In this document: in pieces, positions 1 through 12,935 of the stretch
Position numbering within the stretch: position 1 is the first letter of the stretch
Layout of the letters: each line of letters opens with the position of its first letter
DNA from: Eledone cirrhosa
Taxonomy: Eukaryota
DNA: 64,000 bases
NCBI GenBank assembly: GCA_964016885.1
Contig: OZ024741.1
Span: 314,774,001 to 314,838,000, forward strand
Direction of reading: 5' to 3'
The notes under the pieces: model-generated
Told to the model about the DNA's origin: nothing
Database searches by the model: none
The model's input: the letters and a program-made list of their open reading frames with translations, nothing else
Made by a program: the position numbers and the translations under genes

Positions 1-1435
1 AATGTATGTATTGTGCAGCTGTCATGCCTGTTTAGGTATTCGGTTGGAGCTATAGGACTGCACATTGAAATTATATGATCAATGGTCTCTGGTTGTTTTT
101 TACATAGACGGCATAATCGATTGCATCCATTTTTTATTGTTGGCTTGGTAATTTTTTGTTGGCAGACACTGATCTTGTGCTGATATAACCAGTCCTTCAG
201 TCCCCGATTTCAGTCCAGAGGATGCCAACCACCGATGGGTTAAAGTTTTGTCAACATCAGGATTGTTAACTCTTTTGGGGTATTTTCCATACAGAGGTTT
301 TTCTTGCTATTTCTTAGCCAATTTCAGTAGCAGTCCTTTCTTTGAAGTTACTTTTACCTGCATTGCTTTTTCCTGTGCTTTTGCTTTCAGCAGTAAATGG
401 GACTTCTGAAATGTGTAGTCCATTATTGTATCTTTGTGCATCTTTAGATGCTTTCGTGTTTCAAAACGAATTTGATCATCCAATCATGGGATTCCCTTAG
501 ATATGTAGATAATCCAATTGTTGCAGTTTTCAACGCAATATCTAACTGGATTAATCCACGTCCTCCTTCTTTCCTAGGGAGATATATTCTATCTGTATCT
601 GCCTTAGGGTGATGCATTCTGTGCATGGTTAAGAATTTTCTAAATTTTGTATCGAGCCAACGGATCTCTGTGCTTGACCAGTTGATGACATTGTAACTGT
701 CGGTTACTACTGGTATGGCAAGTGTGTTTATGGCATCGATCCTATTCTTTGCATTCAATTCCGTTCTTAAGATTGCTCTTACTCTGCGGTAACATTCCTT
801 CCTTTTCCTTTCCCACATTGCCGATTGCTTGATTCCGTCTCCTTCACAAACACCTAGATATATGTAAGTTTCCTCTTGATCAAGTTCTCTTATCACATTC
901 CCCCGATCAAGATTAATGTCTGAACTCTTCAGCAGCTTTCCTCTGGTGAACGTTGCTTTGGCGCTTTTATCTAGCCCAAACTCCATTTTAATGTCATCAC
1001 TGAACTGCTTCACAGTGGATATTAGTCCTTGCAATTGTTCATCATTATTTTGCAAATAGTTTCAGGTCATTCATGTCGAACAAGTGATTAATGGTTTTGT
1101 CATAGGCTTTATATCCATGTTTTGTTTCATTGAGCATTTTACTTAATGGTATAAGTGCGATGCAGAATAAAAGAGGTGATAAAGAGTCACCCTGAAAAAT
1201 TCCACAATTAATATTAACTTCTCCAGCTTCCAGTGATTTATTTTTCACTATTCAAAAGGTGTGTCGTTTTCCATGTCTTCATCCTGAATGACAGGAACCT
1301 CCTCACAACGGGAGATATTTTGAAAATCTCATAACATTTTTCAATCCAACTGTGTAGCAAACAATCGAATGCCTTTTTATAATCTATCCAAGCAATTGAA
1401 AGATTTTTGTGTCCATTATGACAATCTTCCAGTAT
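1..1435 (-). mobile_element. R4/Dong-clade non-LTR retrotransposon, family A; 5'-truncated, degenerate, runs off window start
   Basis: ORF pieces carry RT motifs WIDYKKAFD, GIFQGDSLSPLLF, DMNDLKLFAK and thumb RIYLPRKEGGRGL; near-identical to 17511-19197 (+). Confidence 0.9.
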
Positions 1436-4400
1436 CAAGCAGTGAAAAGGATGGACACACCATCCTTCCTCTACGAGAAGTAAGGTAAGTGGTCTTTCCC
1501 ATCTTTTCCACTCCATTTCAACATGACATCACTCAGAATAGGCAGCATAAATGTGCGTGGCTTGGGATCGTCATGGAAGCAGGGCCACCTGCTCAACGAC
1601 CTCAGGTCACTAAACATAGATGTAGTGGCCATCAGCGAGACCAGAGACTCCGAAGCACGGGCCTTCGCTCCGATCTTCGGCGGCTACAATGTGTACGCAT
1701 CTCGCAGCCGTCCGGGATCGGGGGGAGCAGTTGCTGTGCTTTTTCGGAGAGGTTTGGATATCGCCATACGGGCCATCTTCCTGGACCCAGAAGGTAAGTT
1801 GGTGGTGCTAGACGTGACCAGGGTAGACGGGCAAGCTTTCAGGCTAGTGGCTGTCTATGCCCCGACAGGAGCAGGGCGGCCTATTTTCTTCCGGCGACTG
1901 GAGAACTTTCTTGGAACGTCGCGCTCTTTAGTGTTAGTGGGCAACTGGAACGGGATCTTAGATGCACGCTGGGACTGTGTGGGGTTAGCGGTAAGGGGAG
2001 GATGGTGCAAGAGCCTCACCAACCTGGTCAGGCGTTTTGAACTGTCTGACAGGTACCGATTGGATTTCCCGAATGTGCCAATGTGGACTTGGACAATTCG
2101 CATAGGATCATCCAGATCATATCTAGATAGAGTATTTTGTAGAGAAATAGATAGGTATAGCATAGGCTGTCCACAATTCAAGATAGTCAGCTACACGGAT
2201 CACAAATCCTGTGTGCTTGACTTAGATAGGCTTCATAGACGAGGACCCGGCTACTGGAAGCTAAACGCGTCCTTACCAGCGCGCAAGGCCTACAGAGACA
2301 GGATTAGCGAACTAGTTAAGCGGGCGTTGACGGGGGCCATCGTCAACAACAAGTGGTGGTTTGCTCTGAAAAGCGCAATTAGAATAGAGTCCATTAGGTT
2401 TAGTAAGGCTTTAGCAATAGAGAAAATAGAGCAGAGGGAGAATTAGTTAAAAAATTAGACGAGGCGCTTAGTAAACGCATCGCGACCGATGTACTTGCGG
2501 CAAAATTGGCCCTTGACCAATTCTTCAATGCAAAGCACGAAGGCTGCGTTGTCAGAGCTAGGAGGCGTGCTCTCAGACACGAAGGAACGAAAGCCGTTCA
2601 ATGGGCCCGAGTGGCGGAGGCGCGTCGTGGCAACAAAGCCACGATCCGGTCTTTGGTGGACCACGACGAGTGCATGCTACTCGATCCCGGGAAAATGTGT
2701 GAAGCTTTTCACCGCCATTTCGCTCAGTTGTTCGGGCTCAGCGGCGGGCCGGATTGAGGGATGGACTTTAGTGTCTACCTCGACGGACTGCCGCGGCTCT
2801 CGGCCACTGAGGCGGAGTGTTGCGAAAAGCCGATAACAGCCGCTGAAGAACGGGAGCCAATGACTAGCTACACAAGGGGTAAATCGCCTGGTTTAAATGG
2901 TCTGCCCTATGAACTTTACGTACAGATGCCAGACTTGTTCGGAGGCCTCTTGGCGGACGCGTACTGAAACTGGCAACAGAATGGGGGAGAATTCCCAGCT
3001 CTGGGGATAACATAGATAACTTTAGGCCCATAACTCTGCTAAACACAGAGTTCAAGATTTTGGCCAAGGTGCTAGCAAAGAGGTTGGCGCTTGTCGTTGG
3101 TGGTCTGGTGGGAGAGGCGTAGACATGCGCCATTCCCGACAGATCCATCCACGACCACCTCCACCTTATGCGATACATCGCATAGAGGATAGCTAGGGAA
3201 CCTGGCATGGGTGGGTCATTGATCAATTTAGATCAGTCGAAAGCTTTCGATAGGGTCGACCATCGTTACCTAGTGGCAGTCCTGAGGGCGGCTGGCTTTG
3301 GGCCCGTCATCAGAGGCTGGATCGCTGCCATGCACAGCGACATCTGCTCTGTGGTGAGAGTGAACGTCACCTTTCGGAACCGTTCAACATCATGCGCTCG
3401 GTCCGCCAAGGATGTCCCCTCTCGTCCCTCTTGTACGTATTTACTCTCGAGCCATTACTGCACAAACTGGAGATGTTGAGGGGGGTCCCGCGTGAACAGG
3501 ATGCGGAAGATCCGTGTCAGCATATGCGAACAATGTCACCGTAGTGGTGTCGAATGCCAAACACATCGAGGCGATCGGCACTACACTAAGAGTATACGAA
3601 GCGGTGACAGGAGCAATGATCAACCAGGAAAAGTCAGTGGGCCTGCAGCTCGGCACCTGGAGAGGCAGGTCCATGCCGTCCAACAGCGTCGTCAGGCGCT
3701 GGACGGACGGAACAGTTAAATTGCTCGGGGTCTGGTTCGGTCCGGACTCCAGTCGGACAAAAACTGGGACGAGCAGGGTGGCTTCTCTCACCCAGAAATG
3801 GGCCGAAAGGAAGCTATCCCTGAAAGGTCGAGCGGGGTGGCTAACGCGTATATCGCGTCCGTCATCTATTACCGCCTGACCGTCGTACCTTGTCCTAAGC
3901 CCCGCCTGACTGCGCTGGAGCGTTTGCTCTTTCGCTTTTTGTGGAAGGGACGCGCTCCGATGGTCAGGCGGTCCATCTGCTGTCAACACCCGCTAAGTGG
4001 AGGGCTGGGAATGCCGTGGCTGATAATGCGCAAACACGCGCTCAGACTACGACATCTCCCCCTCTTCCTCGACGGTGATAAGGTGTGGTCTCAGTTTGCT
4101 AGACGCGTCTTTCCCCAGCTCGTCTCCTTGACGGAGCTGAAGTCCTGGGTCAAGGGAAGACCGAGAGGGAGCGCTTGGAGACTGGAATGTCTTCAGGCGC
4201 TCACACCCCTCGACCAATCGGGCAATGTGATCGGTAGAAACTCCATCTTGGCGTTCTATAGAGGATTAGTGGAGGGGAAGAGCGACGACGTATTTGGGGA
4301 AAGTCTGGGTGTCGACGAAAATCAACTAGCCAATCTCTTCGGAAGAACTTTCGGGCCGGCGCCTATGGACAACTTCCAGAAATCCCTGGCCTGGCAGTGC

Positions 4401-5141
4401 TACCGAGGAGCTTTGCCAGTTCGGGATAAACTCTACAGGCATGGAGGTGCCGTGAGCCGGGCATGTCCGAGATGCGCGAGGGCGACGAAACCGTCTTGCA
4501 CGCACTCGTCCAGTGTCCGAGCATTGCTGACTTGTGGGTTTATGTCGAACACCCGCTGTCGCGTGTGGGACGGATCCAGCTATCAGCTGAGTCCATCATG
4601 AGGATTGCCCCGCCCTCTTCATTTAGCCGGGAAGGGCAGGCAGTTTTTATCTGTCTGATGGCCATGGCGAAAGAGATAGTATGGTGGACACGTTTGAAAG
4701 GGCTGAAGACGAGCACTTACCTCTTCGGTGATGCTCTGATTGCCTTTTTCAAATTTCATTTGAAAAGGAAAATCAGAGTAGAGAGGGGAGTGCTCTCTTC
4801 CCAGCATTTTGTTGAAAGATGGGTGAGAGAAGCAAGAATGGCCCGAGTTAATGGGCCTACTCTGAGTATATATCTGTAAATTAAAGGTGGAAAACTGGGA
4901 GAGGGCACTTGCCTTGGTGGTCAGGGTCATTGTGGCTTTTTACTGGGCATTCTCCACAAATGTCCCTCCGAAGTCTCCCCCCTATTGGGGAATTTTTCAT
5001 TGTTATTTTCATTGTTATTTTTGTTACATCCTCTGTTTTTGTTTTTTTACACGCAGAAATGCCCATTTGTACCGTCCTGCATTGTCCTGCACTGTCCTTA
5101 ATGTCTACTTTATGTAAACCCTTGTGGTTAATAAAGAAATC
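1436..5141 (+). mobile_element. Tx1-clade LINE, family 1; 5'-truncated about 50 bp before the ORF1 stop; ORF2 pseudogene 1523-4879
   Basis: APE motifs (SET, VYAP, YLDR, TDH), RT motifs (DQSKAFD, AYANN) and CPRC..H..C finger across frameshifts; 3' UTR ends ...GGTTAATAAAGAAATC, then (ATT)n. Confidence 0.95.
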
Positions 5142-5210
5142 ATTATTATTATTAATACTATTATTATTATTATTATTATTATTATTGTTATTATTATTAT
5201 TATTATTATT
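5142..5210. repeat. (ATT)n microsatellite shared tail-to-tail by Tx1 (+) and Dong-B (-)
   Basis: Direct reading. Confidence 0.98.
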
Positions 5211-7729
5211 GTTCTTTGAGTCACAGTCATTGATGTTATTTAACTGGAAAGTTTATTGAATTCAATATCAAGCCGCTAGCTGCAGCTTCAGATATTCAGG
5301 ACGTATCAGAGGGTTCTTGCTGTTCCCAGCAAGCATACCTTTTGAAGTGTTCCAAAAAGCGGGGCTGGACTAACTTTCTTTGTTCCAGATGTTATATATT
5401 TCAGCATTCAGATCATTGTCTGCTTCGGATGCTTCCTCAGGTCTCTCAACCTCTTCGCCTTCATTTCCCACTGGCTCGTTTGTTTGACATTCTTCACTCT
5501 CCATTTCCAACTTAATCTCTCTGTTCAGTTCCTCCATTTCCAGCTCACTTAACCCCCCATTAGTTCTTATTACCCGAGCCTGTCCAGCCAATTTTTGTTC
5601 ATCTAATTTAAATAGACCAATCTCGTTCCAGATGTTATGCATCCGTTTCCTATAGCCTTTTTCCATGGGGTTACTCTTCAGGTAACATTGCATAACAATT
5701 CTATTCAATTCTTTCGTCCAGTTGGTTCTGGTCTCTTTCCTTCTTCCTCTTCCTCCAACACCAGCAGTATTTGGATGAGAGCCAGGACCCTGCTGCTGGG
5801 CCAGGGATCACCTGCTCGGTGAGAGTCTGTCACATGACGTCCTAGCCTCCTCTTCACCGTTATTCGAACTGTTTAGGTTCGACATTTAAACACTCATATC
5901 GAGGATTGGTGAATGTATGGTTACATAACCACCGATGATTTCATCACCCCCAGTGATTTGATCACCCCCGGTGATTTTAGCGTGGCACTATCACGCTGTA
6001 GACGAACATAAATAAATAAACAAATAAATAGATAAAAACTTTAAAAAATAAACATAAGTTTCATTGTAATGTTTGAATGTCTGACTAGTTTTTTTTTTTG
6101 TTTTTTTTTACCTTTACGTTTTTCGTTTTTCAAGGCCAGTAGCATCGGTTACTAGTGTTTTTGTTGCTGCTGTCCTGTTTTGATTTGATTTTAGCCTCGT
6201 GGGAAGTAGGGTTTGTTGCGTTCAAAACTTTTGAAATTTGTTTCAACTTGTTGCTTATCATTATTATCCCGTTGACTTTGCCTTTCATCCTTACGGGGTC
6301 GATAAAATAAAGTACCAGTAATGCACTGGATAATTGCTGGCCTTGTGCTAAAAGTAGAAACAATTATTATTATTAGTCGGTGGATTGGCAGTATCAGTAG
6401 CGGGTCGGACGCCATGCTTTCCAGCATAGTTACGTCCCTTTACGATCTGAGTTCAAATCCCGCCGAGGTTGACTTTGCCTTTCATCCTTACGGAGTCGAT
6501 AAAATAAAGTACCAGTAATGCACTGGGTAATTGCTGGCCTTGTGCCTAAAGTAGAAACAATTATTATCCCGTTAACTTTGCCTTTCATCCTTACGGGGTC
6601 GATAAAATAAAGTACCAGTAATGCACTGGATAATTGCTGGCCTTGTGCCAAATGTAGAAACAATTATTTTTATTAGTCGGTGGATTGGCAGTATCAGTAG
6701 AGGGTCGGACGCCATGCTTTCCAGCATAGTTACGTCCCTTTACGGTCTGAGTTCAAATCCCGTCGAGGTTAACTTTGCCTTTCATCCTTTGGGGGTCGAT
6801 AAAATAAAGTACCAGCAATGCACTGGGTATTTGCTGGCCTTGTGCCAAATGTAGAGACAATTATTATTATTAGTCGGACACCATGCTTTGAAGCATAGAG
6901 TTACGTCCCTTTATGATCTGAGTTCAAATCCCGCCGAGGTTAACTTTGCCTTTCATCTTTACGGGGTCGATAAAATAAAGTACCAGTAATGTGCTCGGTA
7001 ATTGCTGGCCTTGTACCTAAAATAGAAACAATTATTATTATTATATTAGACGGGGTCGATAAAACAATGTACCAGCAATGCACTGCGTAATTGCTGGCCC
7101 TGCGCCAAAAAAGCAGAAACAATCATTATCATTATATCATAGTTTAGATTTGACATCGTTTAAACTAAACATTTTGAGAGAGTTTAGAGGTACAACAGCA
7201 ATAATGTTTTTGGTGTTGTTGTTGTTGCTGTTGACCGGGTCACCAAATCAGTCTATTTATATCTTTTGATACCTTCCTCGCTTCTATTCATGTTTAGTGG
7301 GACTACTACCATCCCTTTCTTAACAGGAGGTGGTGAGAGAATAGCGGCGGTAGCGATGATGATACAGTGGTGGTGGCGGTTGTGATGTGATAGAAGTACT
7401 GTAGTGAAGGTGTTGATGTAGCCGTTGGTTTTGGTTTGTTTGTTTGGCTTGCTAGATTTTTTGTGTGGTAGTGGTGATGGTGGTGTTGGTGGTGAAATTA
7501 TTTGCCAGTTTTCTTTTTTGACTATAACATTTCTTCAAAATTAAATATTAAATATTGGAACCCTATGCCATAATGTGATGCGTTGTCACTTCCTGAGAGC
7601 TGAAACTGGTATCTTATGTTCCATTTGTAATAAGAATTATTCTATCACAATTGTTTTAAATACGTAAAAATCAAAAACTTCACGGGAGCGATTCCATAAC
7701 ACTATATCCACCACGTGCGTATCTTCCCC
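5211..7729 (-). mobile_element. Dong family B, internally deleted non-autonomous copy: 5' leader and N-terminus joined to the last ~170 bp, SINE array inserted in the leader
   Basis: 5211-5380 matches the 3' end of 25309-29973; 5381-6130 matches about 26190-26978; 7195-7729 matches the leader 25309-26160. Confidence 0.8.
6267..7125 (+). mobile_element. Tandem array of about 6 full or partial tRNA-derived SINE units (octopus-type SINE)
   Basis: Repeated box A-like TGGCAGTATCAGTAG, box B GAGTTCAAATCCC, core GACTTTGCCTTTCATCCTTACGGGGTCGATAAAATAAAGTACCAG and (ATT)n tails; 300 bp internal duplication (6267-6566 vs 6567-6866). Confidence 0.85.
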
Positions 7730-8888
7730 GACCAATTCTTCAACGCAAAACACGAAGGGTGCGTTGTCAGAGCTAGAGTGCGTGCTCTGAATCACGAGGG
7801 GGCAAAAGCCGTACAATGGACCCGGGTGGCAGAGGCGCGACGTAGCAACAAAGCCACAATTCGGTCTTTGTCTGACCAAAACGGGTTCGTATTGCCCGAA
7901 ACCGAGCAGATGTGGGAAGCTTTTCAGCAACACTTTGCTGAACTGTTTGGGAGCAGCGGCGGCTCGGATCGGAGCATGGACTTCCGTGCATACCTCGACG
8001 GACTGCCTCGGCTCTCGACAACCGCAGCACGGTGTTGCGAAAAGCCAATATCAGCCGGTGAAATACGGGAAGCGATGGCTAACTGCACGAGGGGTAAATC
8101 GTCAGGTTTGGATGGTCTGCACTACGAGCTTTATGCATTTATGCCAGACTTGTTCGGTGACTCTTGGCAGACGTCTACTGCAACTGGCAGCAGAACGGGA
8201 GCATCCCAGTTTCGTGAGCCGAGGAGCGGTGGCGCTGCTGAGAAAAGACCCGAACAAGGGGGATGTTATCGATAATTTCAGGCCGATAACCCTGCTAAAC
8301 GCAGAGTTCAAGATTTTGGCCAAGGTGTTAGAAACGAGGTTGGCGCTTGTCGTCAAGGGTCTGGTGGCAGAGGTGCAGACATGCGCCATTCCGGACAGAT
8401 CCATACACGACAACTTCCACCTCCTGCGATACATCATAGAGAGGGTGGTTAACGAAACTGACCCGGGTGGGGCCCTGATCAACTTGGATCAATCCAAAGA
8501 ATTTGATAGGGTCGACCATCGGTACCTGGCCGCGGTCCCCGAGGCAGCCGGTTTCGAGCCCGTTTACAGGTGTTGGATCGCTGCGATGTATAGCGACATC
8601 TGCTCAGCTGTGAGGGTGAACGGTCACCTGTCGCAGCCGTTCAACATCATGCGCTCAGTCCGCCAGGATTGTCCCGTCTCGTCCCTCTTGTACGTATTGG
8701 CTCTCGAGCCGTTACTGCACAAACTGGAGGCGATGAGGGGCGTCCCACGTGAACTAGGATGCGGGAAATCCGAGTCGTCTTACGCCGACGACTTCAGCGT
8801 GGTGGTGTGAAGTACCAGACACGTCCAGATGCTTGACATCGCTCTCAAGGAATACAAATCGGTGACAGGTGCAAAGATAAACCAGGAA
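7730..8888 (+). mobile_element. Tx1-clade ORF2 internal fragment (diverged third subfamily)
   Basis: DQFFNAKHEG, NFRPITLLN, DQSKEFD, SYADD motifs; lacks both ends. Confidence 0.9.
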
Positions 8889-10876
8889 GAAAGAGGGTGG
8901 CATACGCCCCATCGCTGTGGGCAATGTCTTCCGGAGGCTGGCTGCAAAGATGGTCTGCAGGTCCATAACACCTAAACTGGATGAGGAGTTCAGTCCGTTG
9001 CAACTGGGTGTCGGCTTGTCCGGTCCGGTGGCCGTGAGGGGCCGCACATGCAGCCAGGAAGTTCTTCAACAGCTGTGTACTGGAACCATCTTTCAGGGAC
9101 ATCAGGCACCTCATTGTTAAGCTTGACACGAGGAATGCCTTTATCTGCATACGCCGGGACCATCTGCTTGATACTTGTCTCAGCGGTGCCCTCTCCGGCC
9201 ACCTGCTGGCCTATCTGTCATATGGAGCCCCGAGCATGGTTCTTGCTGCTGACACGGTCATACCTTCGGCCACTGGGGGCCAACAGAGTAACCCTTTGGC
9301 CCCCTCCTGATTGCCCTTGGTATAGACCACATTGCCCCTAGTATCACGGCCTCTTTCAATGTTTGGTACCTGGATGACGCTACGCTGGGTGGGCCCGTGG
9401 AGACTGTCTGCCATGACCTTCAATCGGTAGTTCCTGCCCTGGCGGAAATCGGCCTCCAGGTCAACTCGTCCAAGTCGGAGGTGTTGGATGTCAGCTATGA
9501 TGCTCAGAGTTTTGCTGTCTCCATCTCGAACGTGCGGTCCATTCTCCACCAGGTACAGATGACCGTCAAAGCGGATGTCCTCATCCTCGAGTCACCGATC
9601 CACCCACCGGCCGCTCCACCTTATGGTCCAGGCTCCAACAACGCCAGACCGTCATGAGCCGACTGAGCATGATCGACGGCCACCCAGCTCTGTTCCTGTT
9701 GAGGAACTGTTTCGCCATGCCGAAGCTCCTCTACACCCTCGTAGCGCTACGTGTTACAGCCACGCATCTCTCCTCGTTGACTTCGATACTTGTATCCGAG
9801 TGGTAGCCGAGGAGATAGGCAACTTCAGGTTTGAGGACATTGGATGGCAACAGGCCACTTTACCTGTCATGGTGGCCTTGGCCTCCGGTCGCCGATCTCG
9901 CTGGCTTTGCCGGCGCTTCTTTCATCGCTAATCTCATGCCATGTCCTCGTCAGCAGGGTTCTCCAAAACACAATGAAACCCTCTCTGATCAAGGAACGTG
10001 AGGCCACCTATGAGATGTAAGACCGGATGGGTCTTAGCCCAGTAGACGTCCCTCCTCCTTCTCTTCCTGCTGACGTCATGTCCCCCCAAAGCATTTGGGA
10101 TGCCATCCTGTGCAGCCTGGCCCCAGCCAGGATCACGCGCCAGCTCGACCGGCACCGCCTTCCCTGATTTCGCGCGGCTTCCCAAACCCACAGTGGTGCC
10201 TGTCTCCATGTCTTTTCCTCTTTTCTCCACTGGCACGCAGCTGGATAACGATAGCCTGCGCATCGCCGTTTCCTTTAGGCTTGGCCTCCGGATCTGTGAG
10301 CCACGCCATGCTGGCTTCAACGAATTCATAAAGCATGGATTGCACGCTTCAGGCTTCCCTTCCCAGCTCGAGCCGGTGGGGATGGGCCGAGGGGACGGCA
10401 AAAGGCCAGACAGTGTGACCATCTTCCCGTTCCACGGTGGCAGACGTCTCATCTGGGAAGCCAGTTGCAGCGACACTTTCTCTAGCCGCAACTTGGTGCA
10501 GTCTGCGACTAAACCAGCTACTGCTGCACGTCGGTCTGAGGAGGCCAAACTCTCAAAGTACCGGTCACACTCCGACAAAGGAGACTTCTGGTGTCCTTGG
10601 CCCTGCGGCTACCTCTCTTTTCACCACCATAGGCGCTGCACTGGCCAGACGCAGGTGTGTGCCTCGCGAGTTGGAATGACTCTTCCAGCGCATCTCCCTT
10701 ACCATCCTCCGGGGAAACGCATTCTCCATTCTGTCCACCGGGTCTGTGAGGAGGTCTGTATGTGGGACTTTATATGCTCACCGTACGGATTAAGACATAT
10801 AACCTTTCTTTTTCTTTTATTAACTATTTTCCAATTAAAAGGTTAGTCTTACATAATACAGAAGTATTAAAAAAAC
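8885..10876 (+). mobile_element. CRE-clade-like RT-RLE non-LTR retrotransposon remnant
   Basis: GGIRPIAVGNVFRRLAAK, PLQLGVG, WYLDDATLGGP, WQQATLP, RHAGFNE, GKRPD, K..KY motifs; short A-run at 10869-10875. Confidence 0.75.
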
Positions 10877-11302
10877 GCAAGAAAATGATATATTGAAATA
10901 GAACATGAGTAATCTACTGAAGTTTAGCACAAAGGGTGCACACGTCGTCTCGTGACACTGAACGCTAACGATAATTCCGTTAGCATCATCGTGAGGAACG
11001 CCACTGAGACAAAATGTTTGATTTATAATTTAACTCGGCTGGCAATGTCCTCCCTTTCTATTGCTGGATTTATTATATTATTAACATGGCAGTCAACTTT
11101 AGCAGATGGTAAGAAAATAACTCATTCGTTATCTTATTCACTTATTGAATATTTTAATTACTTGTCTGTCCTCAAATGTCTTCTCTTTTTCATTAATACT
11201 GTCATGTTGTCACCTGATCCTCAAACCTAACAGTAGCGGTCCACAATAATAATTGATGTGGAGTTAATACCTGTAGTAGTCGGTATGTATATATGTGTTT
11301 AT

Positions 11303-11466
<164 letters not shown>

Positions 11467-11559
11467 TTCTCGAGGGTGGATGAGTAGTGGATGCCGCAGT
11501 GAGGAGGACAGATGGGGAGAGTAATAGTAGGAGGGAGGGGGTCGTTCATGGTTGGGTCA

Positions 11560-12840
11560 GGTCATATTTTATGATTCTGGCCGGGTCTTCATTAACACAG
11601 ATTAGCATCAGCCCATTCGATCCTTTGTCATCACAATTTTTTGGGGGGTCTTCCTTTTCCTCGTGTTCCAGCCACTGCCATTGCTCTGCATTTCTTTGTT
11701 CAACTGCTATCTTCCATACATATCACATATCCATACCAGAGTAATCTCTCTTTTGCCCATTTCATCCAAATCCTCTTATATAATTATTTCTACTTTAGGC
11801 ACAAGGCCAGCAATTACCCAGTGCATTACTGGTACTTTATTTTATCGACCCCGTAAGGATGAAAGGCAAAGTAAACCTCTTATTTAATGTTTTCTTCTCA
11901 GTTCACTTCTACTACGTCATCCATGCACATTAGCATTACACATTCATCGGTGCATACTGTCTTCATTTCTCTCCAGCCTTCGCAGGTCTTCTGTAGCTAA
12001 GGCCCATGTTTCCCAGCCATGTAGCATTGCCCTTTGCCCACAGGCATCATACTGTCTACTCTTCACTCCGAATGAGAAAAGGTTTGTTGTTCGTAGAGGT
12101 ATCAGCTTCTAAAGTTCTTCCAACCTGTTCTGATCCTGGTTGTCACACTTTCAGTGTATGCTCCACACTTGTGATTTTGATCGCCTAAGTAACAATAGCT
12201 ATTGATAACTTCCAAGGAGCTTCCCTGGAGGCGAAAGGAATCTCCTTCACGTAAGTTCTTAAGGCTCCCTTCTTCTGTGCATCAGCCACATCTCTTGTGA
12301 GTCCATCGATTGCACTCTGTGCACATTATAGAAGACCTGGCGACTGTTTTCTGGCATATCGAACACAGCCATCTCCCTGATTGTATCACCTTCTTGTCCT
12401 CTTTCGAACGTAGCCCTTTTGCCTTTGATTTGATTAGTTTTAGGGTTTTCAACTCTAGGTCCTTGCATGTTTGACGTTTTGTCCCTTACCCTCACCCGGG
12501 TTAGAGGTGAAGTACTACTTCATATAGTAACGCCCACGGAGTACCAGTTTTGAAATACTCAGTGAAGAACAGTGACAAATAGGAGTAGACTAAGGACGGA
12601 GCCCTGGTGGACATCGAACTGCACTTCATCACTCTACCGGCATCCAGCATTTTTATACATGGCCCACACTGCTCTCACAAGACATTCATCTACATTTAGC
12701 TTCCTAAGTGTCCACCATATTATAGAGAATGGGACCGTCAAAGGCATTCTCCCTATCTACAAAATCTAGATACAATGCCATACACTTTGCTAAGTACCTC
12801 TCAAGCAGTCGTCGCACTATAAAGGGAGAATCAATGGCAC
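11560..12840 (-). mobile_element. Old RTE-clade LINE, 3' part
   Basis: Minus-strand remnants LYLDFVDRENAFD, VHQGSVLS, HGWETWAL, GTRGKGRP. Confidence 0.65.
11782..11878 (-). mobile_element. SINE 3' fragment, same family as 6267-7125
   Basis: Reverse complement of the core plus tail. Confidence 0.85.
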
Positions 12841-12935
12841 TCTTCTTCTTTTTCTTCTTCTTCTTCTTCTTCTTCTTCTTCTTCTTCTTCTTCTTCTTCT
12901 TCTTCTTCTTCTTCTTCTTCTTCTTCTTCTTCTTC
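12841..12935. repeat. (TTC)n microsatellite, probable (GAA)n tail of the RTE at 12936-13850
   Basis: Direct reading; abuts that element's 3' end. Confidence 0.9.

Noticed and set aside
6267-7125. Repeat-spacer-like array resembling CRISPR
   Set aside because: Units are 100-200 bp SINE copies with Pol III boxes and no unique spacers; the context is eukaryotic with no cas genes.
10880-11300. Possible host exon (ORF 10952-11230)
   Set aside because: Short AT-rich ORF with a non-ATG start and no recognisable motif or splice support.
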